A stretch of DNA of 64,000 nucleotides from Stegostoma tigrinum (lineage: Eukaryota), in NCBI RefSeq assembly GCF_030684315.1, contig NC_081396.1, positions 1,922,001 to 1,986,000 on the forward strand, in the 5' to 3' direction. A program made the position numbers and the translations under genes. Below the pieces are notes generated by a model, which saw nothing but the letters and a program-made list of their open reading frames with translations, was not told where the DNA came from and searched no databases. Positions 1 through 12,742 of the stretch are shown here, piece after piece. Numbering within the stretch: position 1 is the stretch's first letter; the number at the start of each line of letters is the position of its first letter.

Positions 1-689
1 ACTGCCCCGTTCCCAAGGAGTAGAATTCAAAGGAGCTTGAATTTAAAAGTTTTTATTAATGTAAAAAAATAACTCGCAGCGCATAGACTGTCCCCTGATG
101 TCTATGCTAATCATAAACCAAAGAACAGGGATTCTGAAGGTTTTCTAACTCTGCACAGCTCTTGATGAAAACAATTTCAATTTCGACAAGTTCTGCTGCC
201 ATTTACCGTAATTATCCTGCAAAAATGTCGATTAGAGCTTGGCGTTTATATCAGCAGCTCATCTAAACAGCAGATTCACAAATTGTGTATTTTTGGATTT
301 CTTTGTCAGGATCTACATATATTTGAGCTATTAACCGAACACCAAGGCAGCAATATATTCTCCACAAATGAAGATTTTTTTTTCTGACCAGAACTTACTA
401 CAGAGTAAATTGCAGTTTAGAGGAAGAAGGCAATATTCCATGACTGTGTGACAGCATAAGAGATAGACTGGAAATCCAAACAAAACTAAGGCCATTGGGA
501 TGATATGGCAGAGGAAGGAGTTTTAAGCCCACCGGCTGTTTGCAGTTTTCCTTTCAAGTCGTGGAGGCAAAATGGGAGTTAGCCTCGTTAGAAGAATTGA
601 TCTGTCTATTCAAAGCGCATTGTTTAATCTGTCAAAGACCTTTCCATTACACCCACAGCTTTCTGTTTAATGTATTACTCATTATATTC

Positions 690-1132
690 CCTGGCTTACT
701 TCACGTCTTATTGTTCATGGTAACAGGTCGATTCTAAGAATGATAACGTGCTTTGTCTTTCTTTAATTTACTATTAATCTTGACTCTTTTATCGCACTTT
801 GTCGAGGAGGTTCCGTCTCACAGAAAGCAGCTTCAATCTAAAAGAATGAGGGAGATGTTGTCCAGTTGTCATGTATTTGCACATATACGAAAATCAACTA
901 TTCTAATCCATTCTGGTACTGTTAACAGCAGACTGATTCCACAGAGTTGCTGCTGTTGAGAAAAAAAAAATTGGGAACACGGAGATGTGTCTGAGGACAC
1001 TAGTTTTTCTCAGTTTGACGAAGTGAACAGCCTATCGAGCTGAACGTGTTGTAAACTTGACTGACAGGTTCTGTGTTTTCTTCCTGCACATTGATCATCA
1101 CTGAGGCTCAGAATCGACCCTGTACAAAAACT
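690..1132 (+). pseudogene. Decayed TCR V pseudogene
   Basis: GGSVSQKAASI*KNEGDVVQLSC...PFWY motifs from ~805, a leader-like donor GGTAAC at ~720, and nonamer ACAAAAACT at 1124-1132 with a degenerate heptamer. Confidence 0.7.
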
Positions 1133-4100
1133 GTCGGAACATGACTGAACATGACAATATGCCAGGCAAACAGTAAGACGAGGAGTGGATCTGAAATGGT
1201 TCCCAAATTCACGGTGATTTCTGATACTTTTCATTTGAACACATAATGTTGTTCATGGTAAATATATTGTTGAAATCAACTAAAATTTTCAGTTCAGTAA
1301 ATCAAAAGCAAATATATACGTTTCTAAAACTACTTCACTGTGACAGCAAAAATAGGCCCGTGAGATCAGCAATGAAGCATTGGAGTAATCTGAATAACAT
1401 CGAACATTTTGCAGTTATTGACCACTGCTCCTGTGTTACCAGTTCCAGAATGGCAAGCGATAGGTTCAGTGGTCCAGGAAAATGCTGGCTTCCTTTAAAA
1501 TATCGAACAGAAAGTGAGATGTAACTCAGGTATGAAGAACATTAAACAAATGAATAGATTCAGTAAGAGCTGATGAATGAGTCAGTGATCAGTGCTATCT
1601 CAATCACCCTTGGTTTCTTCTTACTCAGTTGTCTGGAAATGAACGTTCTTCATCCGTGATGAAAGATTATTGGGTCTTTGTCAGTGGTTTACATCTGAAT
1701 TAATCAGCTATGTAATGACCAGCGGATTCATCTCCTCCATCTGGTCACACGTGAGGGAAACCGAATCCTGTTGTGACCGCAATTTGCCTTGGAGAACATG
1801 AAGATGATTTTCCCCTTGAGCTGCTGAACTTCTGGGGCTGCAGGTCCACTTACAGCGCACTTAGCAATGGAGTCTGAGGATTTGGACGTTGCAGCACTAA
1901 AGAAATATACACTATGCAAAGACAACATGGTGACTCATTTCGAGGGAAAGTTATAGTTGATGTTGTAATCCTGAAGTTTTGGTTTTCCCATTGGATTTTG
2001 TTTACTCGTCAATCAAAATTTTTTGCTGGATTCCATTCTTCTAACCATTGAGAAACTGTTATTAGTTTCCCTTCTGAATCAATGAACTAACGAACTGAGA
2101 CTGACGCTCCATTTCCATGAAGTGATCAATCGATCCCTAATCTTATAACAACGAAATCTGTTGCTCATGAACAAATAATTATACAAAATCAAATCTGTCT
2201 ATAATTTAAAAAGAATCGAGCACTGATCTGACCTCAGTTCCTACGCAAAGTATTCATATATTTCTACCTGCTCGGCTCTACATTTCCATCTGCCTGATAA
2301 TAATGTATTTAGCCTTTAGATTTTGGATCTGTCGTGTGAGAGAACAGAGAGTGCGGTATCAACACGTTTTGTCCATTTACAATTTATTTGTTCATTGTCC
2401 GCAGGAACAGAGCGACAGCAGGGGATTCAAACATTCAGGATGAGTTGAGGAAAGCTCCCAGTAACAGAAGGTCAATGCCAGCCAAGCACAAAGAACAATC
2501 TTTCACCTGAACTGCCTGTGAGCAATGATTAAGACAGGTTAAAGCAGCAACAAACCTTACCATCGTTCCTTCAGCAGCCTGCAAAACCGTTTCTACATCA
2601 AGAAGAATGAGATTGTAAATACCAATACATATAAATTAGGATGGGTTGACTCACTTTTAGTGTTTTTTTTTAAAGAAAAAATAGGTGTAATCATTTTTCA
2701 AAGATCATATTTTTATTATAAAATCCTTTTGTGGGAATTTAGTTCCTAAGTCTCGATTTCATTGGTGAGGCGGAGTACACATAGACACTGCAAGAACCCT
2801 GGAAGCTGTTTGGCGATCATGTTTCTTCAGTCATTTCCATTCTTAGTTTCATTCCATTTCAACTTTCTGTCATCAAAATAATGTTTGAATTCTCTCATCG
2901 AATTTCAGCATAAATTAATAATTGATCAACTCCACGGCAGATTAAACAAAAGAGATGGGTGATATTGATGTATGTAGCCCACCATAAATGAGAAAGATAT
3001 GACTCTGATAGAACTGCCCGGGGTGCACTGCAGCAGCTTTACACAGTGGGAAGTATCACAGCTTATGAAGTTTAACCGAGCTTATTGCTTATTGTAAACT
3101 TTACCCAACATCCCGCTGTGCTGACTTTCAGTAACGTCAGTCATAGCCATTTTTGATGCTCATAGGGGGCTGTTTTTGTATTTGTGCAAACAAGTAGTTA
3201 AGACAACTCGGACAATTCTACCACTGTGAAGGTATCGTAAAACAATGTTGTCAGTGGAGGAATGTGAATCAAATTGGGAACTGTTAGAAAACTTCAGTGT
3301 ACGTGGCAGTGTCTGTGGAGAGGAAACTTTCGTTTTTTTTGGAGTCTGTGCAATTCTTTTTCGTATTCTTTCATTGATACAATGTGTTCACAGTTTTTTT
3401 CCCCACAAATATTGGCAGAATGCTCAATTAACATTAGTGTTACACCTGCCGCTAAGATACATTGTTGAAAATTACATTTGGAAAATCTCATTTGCTTATA
3501 TTAGCACACTGGTTCAACACGTTCCTGCATGCCCCTGCATGAACGGAGTTGCTCCTTTTCATTGATTTGGGGATTTGTTCTCTTTTGGACTTTTCTACTA
3601 ACTTTTCTTAAAATTTCCTTTCTGCTGTTAACTCACTCAGTTACTCCATACAAAGTAGTCAACAAGTTAAATAATAGACTTTCTTAGGAAATGTGTTTCT
3701 TAGACTCTTGTGTTTTGCCACCTCTTCCCTTAGTTTTAATGATAGCCCATACGTTCGTGTCGTACCCATATGAGAAACCTATACTTCGTGCCATTTTCAT
3801 TAATGATGAATATCAGTGACCGCAGCCCCAAAGGAATATCACATCCACTGACCCCAGACTTTCTACATCTTTGCTGTTGGTATTATGTTAAGGAATGGTC
3901 ACAGCAGAGAAAGAGGGATGTGAAAGCAGGATCACCTGTCAACTAGACAGACGCCAAATAAGGCACTGCGCCATCAGGTATGCTACTCCTGCCCATCAAG
4001 ATACCCATTGCCTTAACAATTCGATCACAGTAACTCTGTGTTTTTCTGTCTCACTGCTGCCCAGTGAGAATTCCAATCACTTTCTGTCTTCGCAGTGTCC

Positions 4101-5554
4101 ACAGAAAACTTGCAGAAAGAGGCAATGTCCATTTGTCTCGTTTTAACAGGGATACTTTAAAATGTTAAACCGACTGAATGAAAGAGGTGTCTTCATTTTC
4201 TAGGACCCGCTAACTGTGTCAATACACACAGAAGTAACCTGACAAGAGGAAGTGTTTAATTGTGGTTAATTGACCAGGAGTGTTGTGTGAGTCAGTGAAA
4301 AATGGGACAGTAATCAGACCCACTAGCATCTACGCTGAGCCTTGGAGCACAAGCTCCACACTCTATTCGTGCCTGGTGCACACTAGTCAATGAAAATTCT
4401 AATTACCTTCTGCCTTTGCATAAACAAGCAATTCACAACTGAGCAGCCTCCAATGAAAACTCGCATAAAGAGACAATTTCCATTTGCATTAGTTTAAAAG
4501 GGATATATTAACCTGTTAAATTAAATGGATAAAGGGGATGTGTAAGCAAACGTAAACAGTGGGCAGTAAACTCTCATCCATTAGCACCAACGCTGCGCCT
4601 TGGATCAAAAGCTCCACACTCAAATTGTGCCTTATGCACACCAGTTATCGTTGCCTTCACTTCTTTTTTTTTGGCCGTAAGTAGCTGCTTATACCACAAC
4701 TGCAGAAAACTGCATACCTGGGGACAATAGCACAATAGTTAATGAGTATGACCAGAAGAGTGGAGATTCGAATCCTCCTTGTCTCGCGTGCAATTCACAG
4801 CTTTTAATTCCTTCTAAGCTAAGTTTACTTATTGTCCTGAAGAATTTAGAATTCGTGATGTAGAGGAATGAGAATGATTTCAATGTTTCATATGAGCAGC
4901 TGGCAAGTATATTGCAACTCACCATACACTTCATGTCTGAGTTCTCAGCTGCTGCTTTCATTTTCTTGGGAAATATGTTACATTCCAGCAAAAGTTGCCT
5001 TTTAGGCCAAAAGAAGCTTGCGTCTTGGGACGGGGAGCTGACGTGAATAAATGACACAGTGGCTACCTGTCAGGATTTCTGTCGGCCTCCATGGTGGTCT
5101 ACTGTTAAGCATCAGTGCTCACTCAGTCAACGAATGAACGTTTATGTGATCCTGGTAATTATTAACCTTTATTTTCAGTTACTTTTGTTTTTAATAAATA
5201 CGGCCCAATTTTTAGAAGTAGAATTGCATCATGAACTACAAGAATTATTTCAGTAAGTATTCTACATCCACATCAGGAGATCAACTGCAATTGCCTGATG
5301 GAATTCAGTGTTGTCAATCGTTGTCAAACTAAAACAGAAGAGCTATAAAGAAGAGTGAAGAGCAATAGTGTTTTGTGAGAGGTGACTACAGATTGCGTTC
5401 AACCTGTGTCAATATGCGTGCTGAAGGCTAGTTTACTCTGTTGACTGTGGCACACAGTTCACTCTGAATATTTCTGCCAAATAACTCCTCCGTTGTTTAT
5501 TTTTCTTAGGTGAGAAAGATATTTTTAAATTGCTTGCAGGTTAGTTACACAGAT

Positions 5555-5950
5555 TCATACTACGATTATAAGACTAGGCAGCAAAAATAAACCATTCAAA
5601 CCATAGAGCCTGCTCCACAATTCAGTATGACTGTTGGCGATCTGAAAATGCTCAACCTCACCATCCTGACACTTCCCAAAATCCTTCAGTATCTTATTGA
5701 TTAAATATCCATGTATAGAATCTTTTTTTCTTTTAATGGTTAACGACCAAACATTGAAATAAAACGTCAGGAAAAGCCTCCACAGATTCACAACTCTCAA
5801 AGGGACGAAATTCCTCCTCATTCCTGGTATATCCATACGACGTGATAATAAGCATCTACCTTCTGGTCTAAGACTATCTCAGAAGACGAAACAAGCTTTG
5901 AACTTCAAACATGTCAAGTCCCATTGGGATTTTGTGTGTTTCAATAAGGA
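5555..5950 (-). mobile_element. CR1 3'-end fragment
   Basis: RRNF..LRVVNLW peptide typical of the CR1 ORF2 C-terminus; paralogue at ~41680-42070. Confidence 0.6.
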
Positions 5951-6094
5951 GTGGCGTTTATGTAACATTACATCCAGTATTTAGGAACAACTGAGTGCTC
6001 AGAAACAGAGGAACAGGCCTTTGGCCTTTTACCTACGCTCAGCCTGTTCCCTGAATTTTATTCAAGCAAGCTGATAAGGTTGTTGCAGTTGTTT

Positions 6095-7835
6095 TCTAGC
6101 GGACTGACATCTGCATTTTAAAGGCCGAAAGACAGCTTTCACATACGTTCTCCCGTTTCCCCTTTGGCCATGTCTGCACAACGCAACACCAGGCCATTGT
6201 CACTGACCTCATTTTATCTGATGACCTTCTCACCAATGCTTTCAACATCATAGGTTCCCGACCACACACTGCTCGCCAATACCTCTTTGTCAAAACCCAC
6301 AAAAAAGACTCCATGGGCAGACTCATTCTTTCCAGCTGCTATTGTTCCAAGCACCCTAACTTCCTCTCTGTCGACTGGTCTTAACGTGTCCAGTCCCTTC
6401 CCAGTTTCATCTGCAATTCCTCCAACCGTTTATGTTAATTTCTGATTTCCAATTTGTGGGGTCAACCGTCTCCTCTTAACTGTTGTCTTTCAATCATTCT
6501 ACACGTCAATTCCTCGTCCTGACAATCTCAAGGCTTTGTGATTTTCTTTTCTGAGAAAAGATCCTGACCTTCTCTGTCAGCCATGACCATCCTTCACCTG
6601 GAGAAACTAGACTTCAATTTTGAACTTCTTCAATTTAAAATTCTCTCATTTTCTTTCGGTAGAATATGTGACCATGAGTACTTACATGGGACTCTATTAA
6701 GTCTGTTAGTGGGATAGGTGGAAGGTGTCTTGTCACAGTCTTATTCATCGGCAACCCACAGCTCATGCTACAGTATATCGATTCGGTCAAGACTGTTTCT
6801 TCTGTCCGTCATCGGAATTGGAAAAGATTATCAATTTCATTTCAATTTCCACCCCTTTCTCACATTCATCTGGCTGGTCTCTTAATGCTCCCTTCATATC
6901 CGCAAAATCAGTTTCCATTTCTTGGGATAGACTGTCCACCAACATTCAGGACAAATGACTTAGCATCCAGAGATTGCTTGACTGTGTATTCTCATACCCT
7001 AAGTCCTGCGAAGATTTTATTCCATTCTCCAAGTTCCTCCCTCTCCTTTGCATCTGTTGTGATAATGGCAACACCGAAAAGAATGCCTAAGAAATACTCG
7101 CTTTCTTCCACAACCAATGTTTTCTTCACACCATGATAGATAGGGCATGCAGTTGTGGCCGAGAAATCCCCTGTTCTTCAGCTATCAATCCCTCTGTCCG
7201 CCACCAGAAAAGCAAAAGATTTGCCCCTTGTCCTCACCAAACATCCCACTAGCATTGACGTCTAGAGAATTGTCAGCCGCTACTTCCACTACATCCAGTG
7301 TTCTGGCACCACCAGAGATGTATTCCACTCCCCTCTTTTGTCTGCTTTGTACAAGAGTGTTTCTATCTGGAACGCCAAGGTGCAATTCTTCTTCTGCTTC
7401 ACTCCCACCGCTGGACACATTCTCACTGTACTTTCCAATTCAATTGCAGAAGCTGTGACACTTCTCGTTTACTAACTCATTCCACAATATCTAATAGTCT
7501 GAACAGGCCTTACAGGCGAATCTGCACTTTTTTTCCCTGTATTTCACTCAGATTGGCCTACTGCATTCAGTGTCCTCGAAGTAGCAGAGATGAAGTGTAG
7601 GTGGAGAGCCTGCTTCACAGTACATCTACATTCTGTCTGCAAAATGGCTCTGTGCTTGCCGTTGTCTACCAGTTCAATGCATTACTTTGCTCCCTGGTGA
7701 AAATCTCTATCTGAGACTTGCTGCAGTGCTCCAGTGATGCTCAGCATAAATTGGGTGAATGGCACCTCATCTACCGTTTGAGTGCTCCGCAGCCTTTTCG
7801 ACTCTGTATCGATCTCAACAACTTTTGGGTTTCAG
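6095..7835 (+). mobile_element. Decayed Penelope-like element (RT + GIY-YIG remnants)
   Basis: RT fragments (FVKTHK, YIDS, FLGI) and an 'AYCIQC' endonuclease start; colinear with 42250-43780 and 61070-62480. Confidence 0.7.
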
Positions 7836-10051
7836 ATGCTGGACAACACATTCCCCCAAGCACAGACATCAGTCATTATTATCAATGAGTAAGAGAATAA
7901 TGCAGCATGGAAGCTGACCCTTGGGCCTCTCTGATCTATGCCGAACGTAATCCCAAAGTTAAGTAGTCCTATCTTCCCTCTCTTGGCCTACATGCCTCCT
8001 GATTCATTCCCTTATCTAAGTGCCTTTTATGCATCTTAATTGTGCCCTCATTTACCACTTCCATTGTTAGGCACTAGTAATTCTCGTGAGCAGCTGTTTA
8101 TTCATTGGCTGACCGCTATCCAGTAATTTCCTGCCTCCAGCTTTGATCGTCTCACTTTGTACTTCGTATCAACCTTTAGTTTATATTTCTACTGCATTAA
8201 AACCAACTGTTTTATCGCTGTTACAAGCACTGCAGAAGTGTCATTGAGGCCACAACGTTAGTTCTAATTTTCTTCACAAATGCTGTGATACCTGTTGTGT
8301 TTCTCCAGCAATTTCTGGTTTTTTTTGCTGCAGAAGAATATGCAAAATGGTCCCAATCCCGTGTTACGCTTTCATTTGGAATATAAAACCACCAGCAATT
8401 CTGACACAATTCTTCTGTTGTTGCCGTTGTCACTGTTAGGTGTTCTAGACATTGTATCGGTTTTTAGAAGTATAAAAAAGAATCAAAGTTATTTTGCAGG
8501 ACAGAATGTCCCGAATCCTTATCCCTCCAGCCTACTCTCAGGGCAGACACCTTCCAGGTTTACATCCTTTCTTAATGACACAGTTCTTGTTCTCTTTATC
8601 TCAATTTGTTTTCATTGTAAAAATTGATTTCCTCTAGACTGATCTAGTCATGTTCTTTTGGTAGCAACAGAAAAGCACCTTCAGTCCATCTTGTAAGTGC
8701 TAATAATCAATATCTATTTGTTATAATCTCAGTTTCCTGCATTTGGCCCATAGACATGTGAGTTCTATCATATTAAACGCTCATCTAAATAGTCCATCGA
8801 TATTTTGAGAGTTTCGATGGAGAAACGTAAGATCCTTCAATCTATAATAGGAACTATAGGTAATCACTGGAACACAGAATCCATACTTTCCCCATTGAAA
8901 CCAGTCTGAAAGCCCAAGATCTTTCTCTGGACTGTTTCGCACTTCCTCTAACGTTTGTTTCAGTATCAGGCTATCGACCAGAATGTCTCTGGCAACCTCT
9001 GAGGGTGTTCCATTTTATAGCCTACTAATTACAGAAATGTCATTGTCTTTTCTGGAGACAAACAGAAAGAGACAAAACACAATTAAACAGACTTTTGTAT
9101 CAGGTGCATTCGAACGAGTGCAGTGCAGATCTTGAAATGTCACAGATGTGGCAGCGTCGTAGATGGGGGATGCCTAGTTACAGATATGTAAGGGATGTTA
9201 CAGAATTGAATGAGTATAGAAGAATCTAGCATGGAATACCTAGTTAGGATTCCTCAAAGTCTCAACAATGAACAAAATCATCCATAAAATGTGCTCAAAC
9301 TATGACCCTTTAATCTGAATCTGTACCAGCCAGGCTTCGGAACTCAAGAGCTTGCAGCATCCTTGCGCTAGCTCCTGGCCAACACCCCACCGCTGAAACT
9401 TATCATCTTGGGCTATACTCGATTCGGAATCCCTCTTGCACCACTTTCCAGCTTGTCTGTACAAATTGTCTTGAAGACTGCTCCAGGCTCAGACTACCTG
9501 CCGATCCATTCTCCAACTCATCTTGACTCGCCACCAGGACTCATCTGCCATGCTAGCTGGGGTCAGAATGTTTCATGTGCACCGACCTGGCCCTTTACTA
9601 GCTTACATGGCACATCTCTCGTGTTGGCCTAGTGTCGGACTTCTGCTCATGCAGAGGTTCACGTCCTCCTTTCCACATTCCCTGTCAGGACGTTTAAGAA
9701 CATAAAAGTTGATTGGAGAGGGGGGAAGATCAAATGTAGAAAACAGAAGAGAAAATTAAGTAAAATGCAAAACAATGGTGGAAGCAGAGGAGTTCCGTCT
9801 GGAGCAATCTAATGTGCCGCCATTTGGCAATGAAATCTCCTCTTGCAGCAGTATACTTTTCCTATCCTTCTGAAGACGTGTCACTGCACTCTAAAAGTTG
9901 TCTTTTCTTTTGCTTCACAGTAGCAGATTTGGTGAACTTCACCAGAAATTTCATTTGTGCTTCAGATATTCAAATTGCACAGTTCTTCATTTTACTTCAA
10001 TCCGATGTAGTGTTATTTATCAAAAGGGTGAAACACTGCTTTTTTTTTAGT

Positions 10052-10260
10052 TAACAAAGTGTGTAGCTGGATGAACACAACAGGCCAAGCTGCAGCTCAG
10101 GAGCACAAAAGCTGACGTTTCAGGCCTGGACCCTTCATCAGAGACCCGAAACATCAGCTTTTGTGCAGCTGAGATGCTGCTTGGCCTGGTGTGCTCATCC
10201 AGCTCCACACTTTGTTATCCTGGATTCTCCAGCATCTGCAGTTCCCATTATCTCTGATCA
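10052..10260. mobile_element. Short palindromic PLE-derived insert containing a hammerhead motif
   Basis: Inverted arms AACAAAGTGTG.AGCTGGATGA.CAC...AAAAGCTGA / TCAGCTTTT...CATCCAGCTCCACACTTTGTT; absent in cassette B. Family members at ~27448, 35876, 36143, 53641, 54230, 54921 and 56411. Confidence 0.8.
10110..10143 (-). ncRNA. Minimal type I hammerhead ribozyme motif
   Basis: CT-CTGATGA-AGGGTCCAGGCCT-GAAAC-GTC-AGCT. Confidence 0.55.
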
Positions 10261-10586
10261 CGCTTATTTTTGGTTATTTTCTCTCCCCAAAGTCCACACC
10301 GTCGTGTGGAGCTGGAAGGGATGGGCCAGAGATGTACAGGCAGTGAAACAGACCAATATTGATAAAATGAACCGAATAACGTACAGTTCTTTGGGAAAGA
10401 TAAAGTAGAAAGTAATTTTATTTCACTGATTGGAGCGTAGCTATCAATGGTTGTGACAGAACAGCAAATCCTGTTCCTGAAAACTCTGCTCAATTCCTCA
10501 ATGACCGGTTAATGACTCTGAAATTGGTAAATATATTGTAAGCCTCCTGGCTTATTTTTGAATACAACTCTCATCCTAACATCATT

Positions 10587-11063
10587 ATGCTTACCATGTT
10601 TTCCCTCATATTCGCCATCTTCCTGTCTGCGCTGGCTGTGGTAAAATAGTTGTCTATCATCCAGGAATTATGCATTATTCCTGAGTTTTCGATCAAACAG
10701 AATTAGTGTTTTAGGTTTGGGTGGGCAGAATTCTGTGTCTCAGGATTCATCTGAATTCATGATTCTAGAAGCTCGGAGTGTGATAATGAGTGTCATTACA
10801 CGCAGCTATTCTTTCTGTGGTGCAATTCTGGTACACGAAGTAACTTGGGAAAACTCTAAGATGTTACCTGAAGATGTACGTCTCGGGGATTGAAGAGAAA
10901 TCGTCAAATGAAGCAAATAAGTTCTCTGCTGAATAAAACAAGCAAAAAAAATCAAAGCGATTCCTTTACATATCTTTGTGACCCTTCTGTCTGACAGCAT
11001 GTTCTATTTCTGTGACATGAAGCTAACATTGAAGCAGAGATATATCAATAATTTCCAAACACG
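10587..11063 (+). pseudogene. TCR V pseudogene
   Basis: Hydrophobic leader MLTMFSLIFAIFLS. Exon from ~10716 reads LGGQNSVSQDSSEF...FWY...KFSAE...LLSDSMFYFCDMK with stops and frameshifts. Degenerate RSS AACATTG-23-CCAAACACG. Confidence 0.75.
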
Positions 11064-11086
11064 TTCATTCCCTCCCCACAACGAGA

Positions 11087-11114
11087 GTTCCAGTACTGTC
11101 CATCAGATGGTGCT
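11087..11114 (+). promoter_or_regulatory. CTCF-like site 3' of V RSS
   Basis: GTTCCAGTAC-tgt-CCATCAGATGGTGCT (upstream motif plus core); paralogue CCAGCAGATGGTGCA at 47525-47539. Confidence 0.5.
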
Positions 11115-11289
11115 CTCACAAAAGAAATAGAAACATTAATTTCACACCTGCAGAGACCTTCTACTCAAAATATAACAGAATCCTTGGAGCGTGGATGTAG
11201 GACATTCATGTCATTGAGTCGTCATCAACTCTCCGAAAATTGTCCCGCTAAAACTAACTTTATCCTCGTGCTTTCAAGCCAAATACAGA

Positions 11290-11885
11290 CAGCGTGTTCA
11301 TCCCTGAACACGATGTGAAGTTTAACATTATCAATATTCCTAACCCACACACCTCTAGAAAATGGGAAGGAAACAGGAGCACCCATAAGAAACCGTGAAA
11401 ATGGACAGCTCCACACAGACAGTCAGTCCAGTCTGCAATAGTTCCCAGCCTTCCAGCAACTTGAGGAAGCTTGGAGATAACATGCCAACCAAAAGCTGCA
11501 ACATAGTGCAACAACTTACAAGGAAAGAAAATGATGCCTGATGGAGTAAAATTATTTTATCCCAATTCGCATTTTCATTTAAACCAGCATTTGTAAGCTT
11601 ATTCACAGAGTAGAAATCGTAGATTGTCTACAATGTTGAAGCAAGCCATTTGGCTCATCACATCTACACTGCCTCTCCAAAGAGCATACCACCAAGAGAC
11701 AGCGCCATCCTTTTAACACTGCATTTCCTTGGCTGGTCCACCTCTCTTCCACAACAATGGGCATAATGGGTCAATTTAGCATGACCAATCGACTTAACTG
11801 TACAGCTTTTCTCTGTAAGAAGAAACTGGCACACATGGAGGAAATGCAAGCAGACAAGCACTGAATATCTAAATTCCACACATAT
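11290..11885 (-). mobile_element. Two decayed HE1/V-SINE-like shark SINEs
   Basis: Resembles, from memory, the HE1 core (TGTGTGGAG..TGCAC...GGTTTC...GGTGCTCC.GTTTCC.TCCCA; CATGCTAAATTGACCC); paralogous pair at ~47730-48310. Confidence 0.6.
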
Positions 11886-12742
11886 TGAATGGCATTTTTT
11901 CTATTGTCTTTGGAGCAATTTCTCTGCATGTGTGTCGTACTGGTCAACCTTTCCACAACCCCACTGTTAGTTTCCTGGAACTTTGTACTGCTGTCTGTTT
12001 ATTGCGTTTAATTGATGTGCGTGTATTCTTAACTAATCCAGGGTGGATGCATAATGAGCATACTTATGAAAGCATTAACTCTGATCCTTAATCAAGCCCA
12101 AAACTTAAAGTGCCCGAACGTCAATTGCCCTTCAGTGTTTGCGATCAAAACTGGAACACTAGTGTTCTGTTTACTGGAAGAATTCTGGGCAATCATTCGA
12201 CCTCCCACCAAAGAGATCCCGATACACTGCAAGTGGACAATTGCCATTGACTGTCGTGTCTTCAGGATGTCAGCTCCAAGTTGGGCTTCAGGTTCACAAA
12301 TGCCATTCAGTCCACAGCCGTGTCATTTACTACTCTGATGGGAAGTCAATCAATGTCAAATCCATCTACAAATTCGAATTGATCAATCACTGTGAAGAAT
12401 TTACCTGACGATCTTCATCAACATGAAATTCTACTTTTTTGAGTTTCATATTTCAGTTTAAAGACCAGGCTGCCAGATGTAATAAATGTCAGGCTCTCAA
12501 TGCTTAAGATTTTTTTATTACTCCGATCACAAGGATGTGAGATTAATGTCAATAACAACGATTTTTGAGACGAAAGTGGCACCCACACAATTATAAGCAG
12601 TATTCACCATTCCTTCCTGCGCTGTAAGTGAGACCAGGCTACTCTCAGGCAATGATCTCATTGTTTTTTGCCTCTCTCTTTTATTCGATACTTTGCAGAT
12701 TTATGTAACACAAATGCATCCCCAGGAATCTGAACAGCGACG

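Noticed and set aside
2405-2620. FR1-like peptides (GDSNIQ, TLTC in the paralogue at ~59070)
   Set aside because: Too decayed, with no FR2 Trp, YxC or RSS; would need an HMM search.
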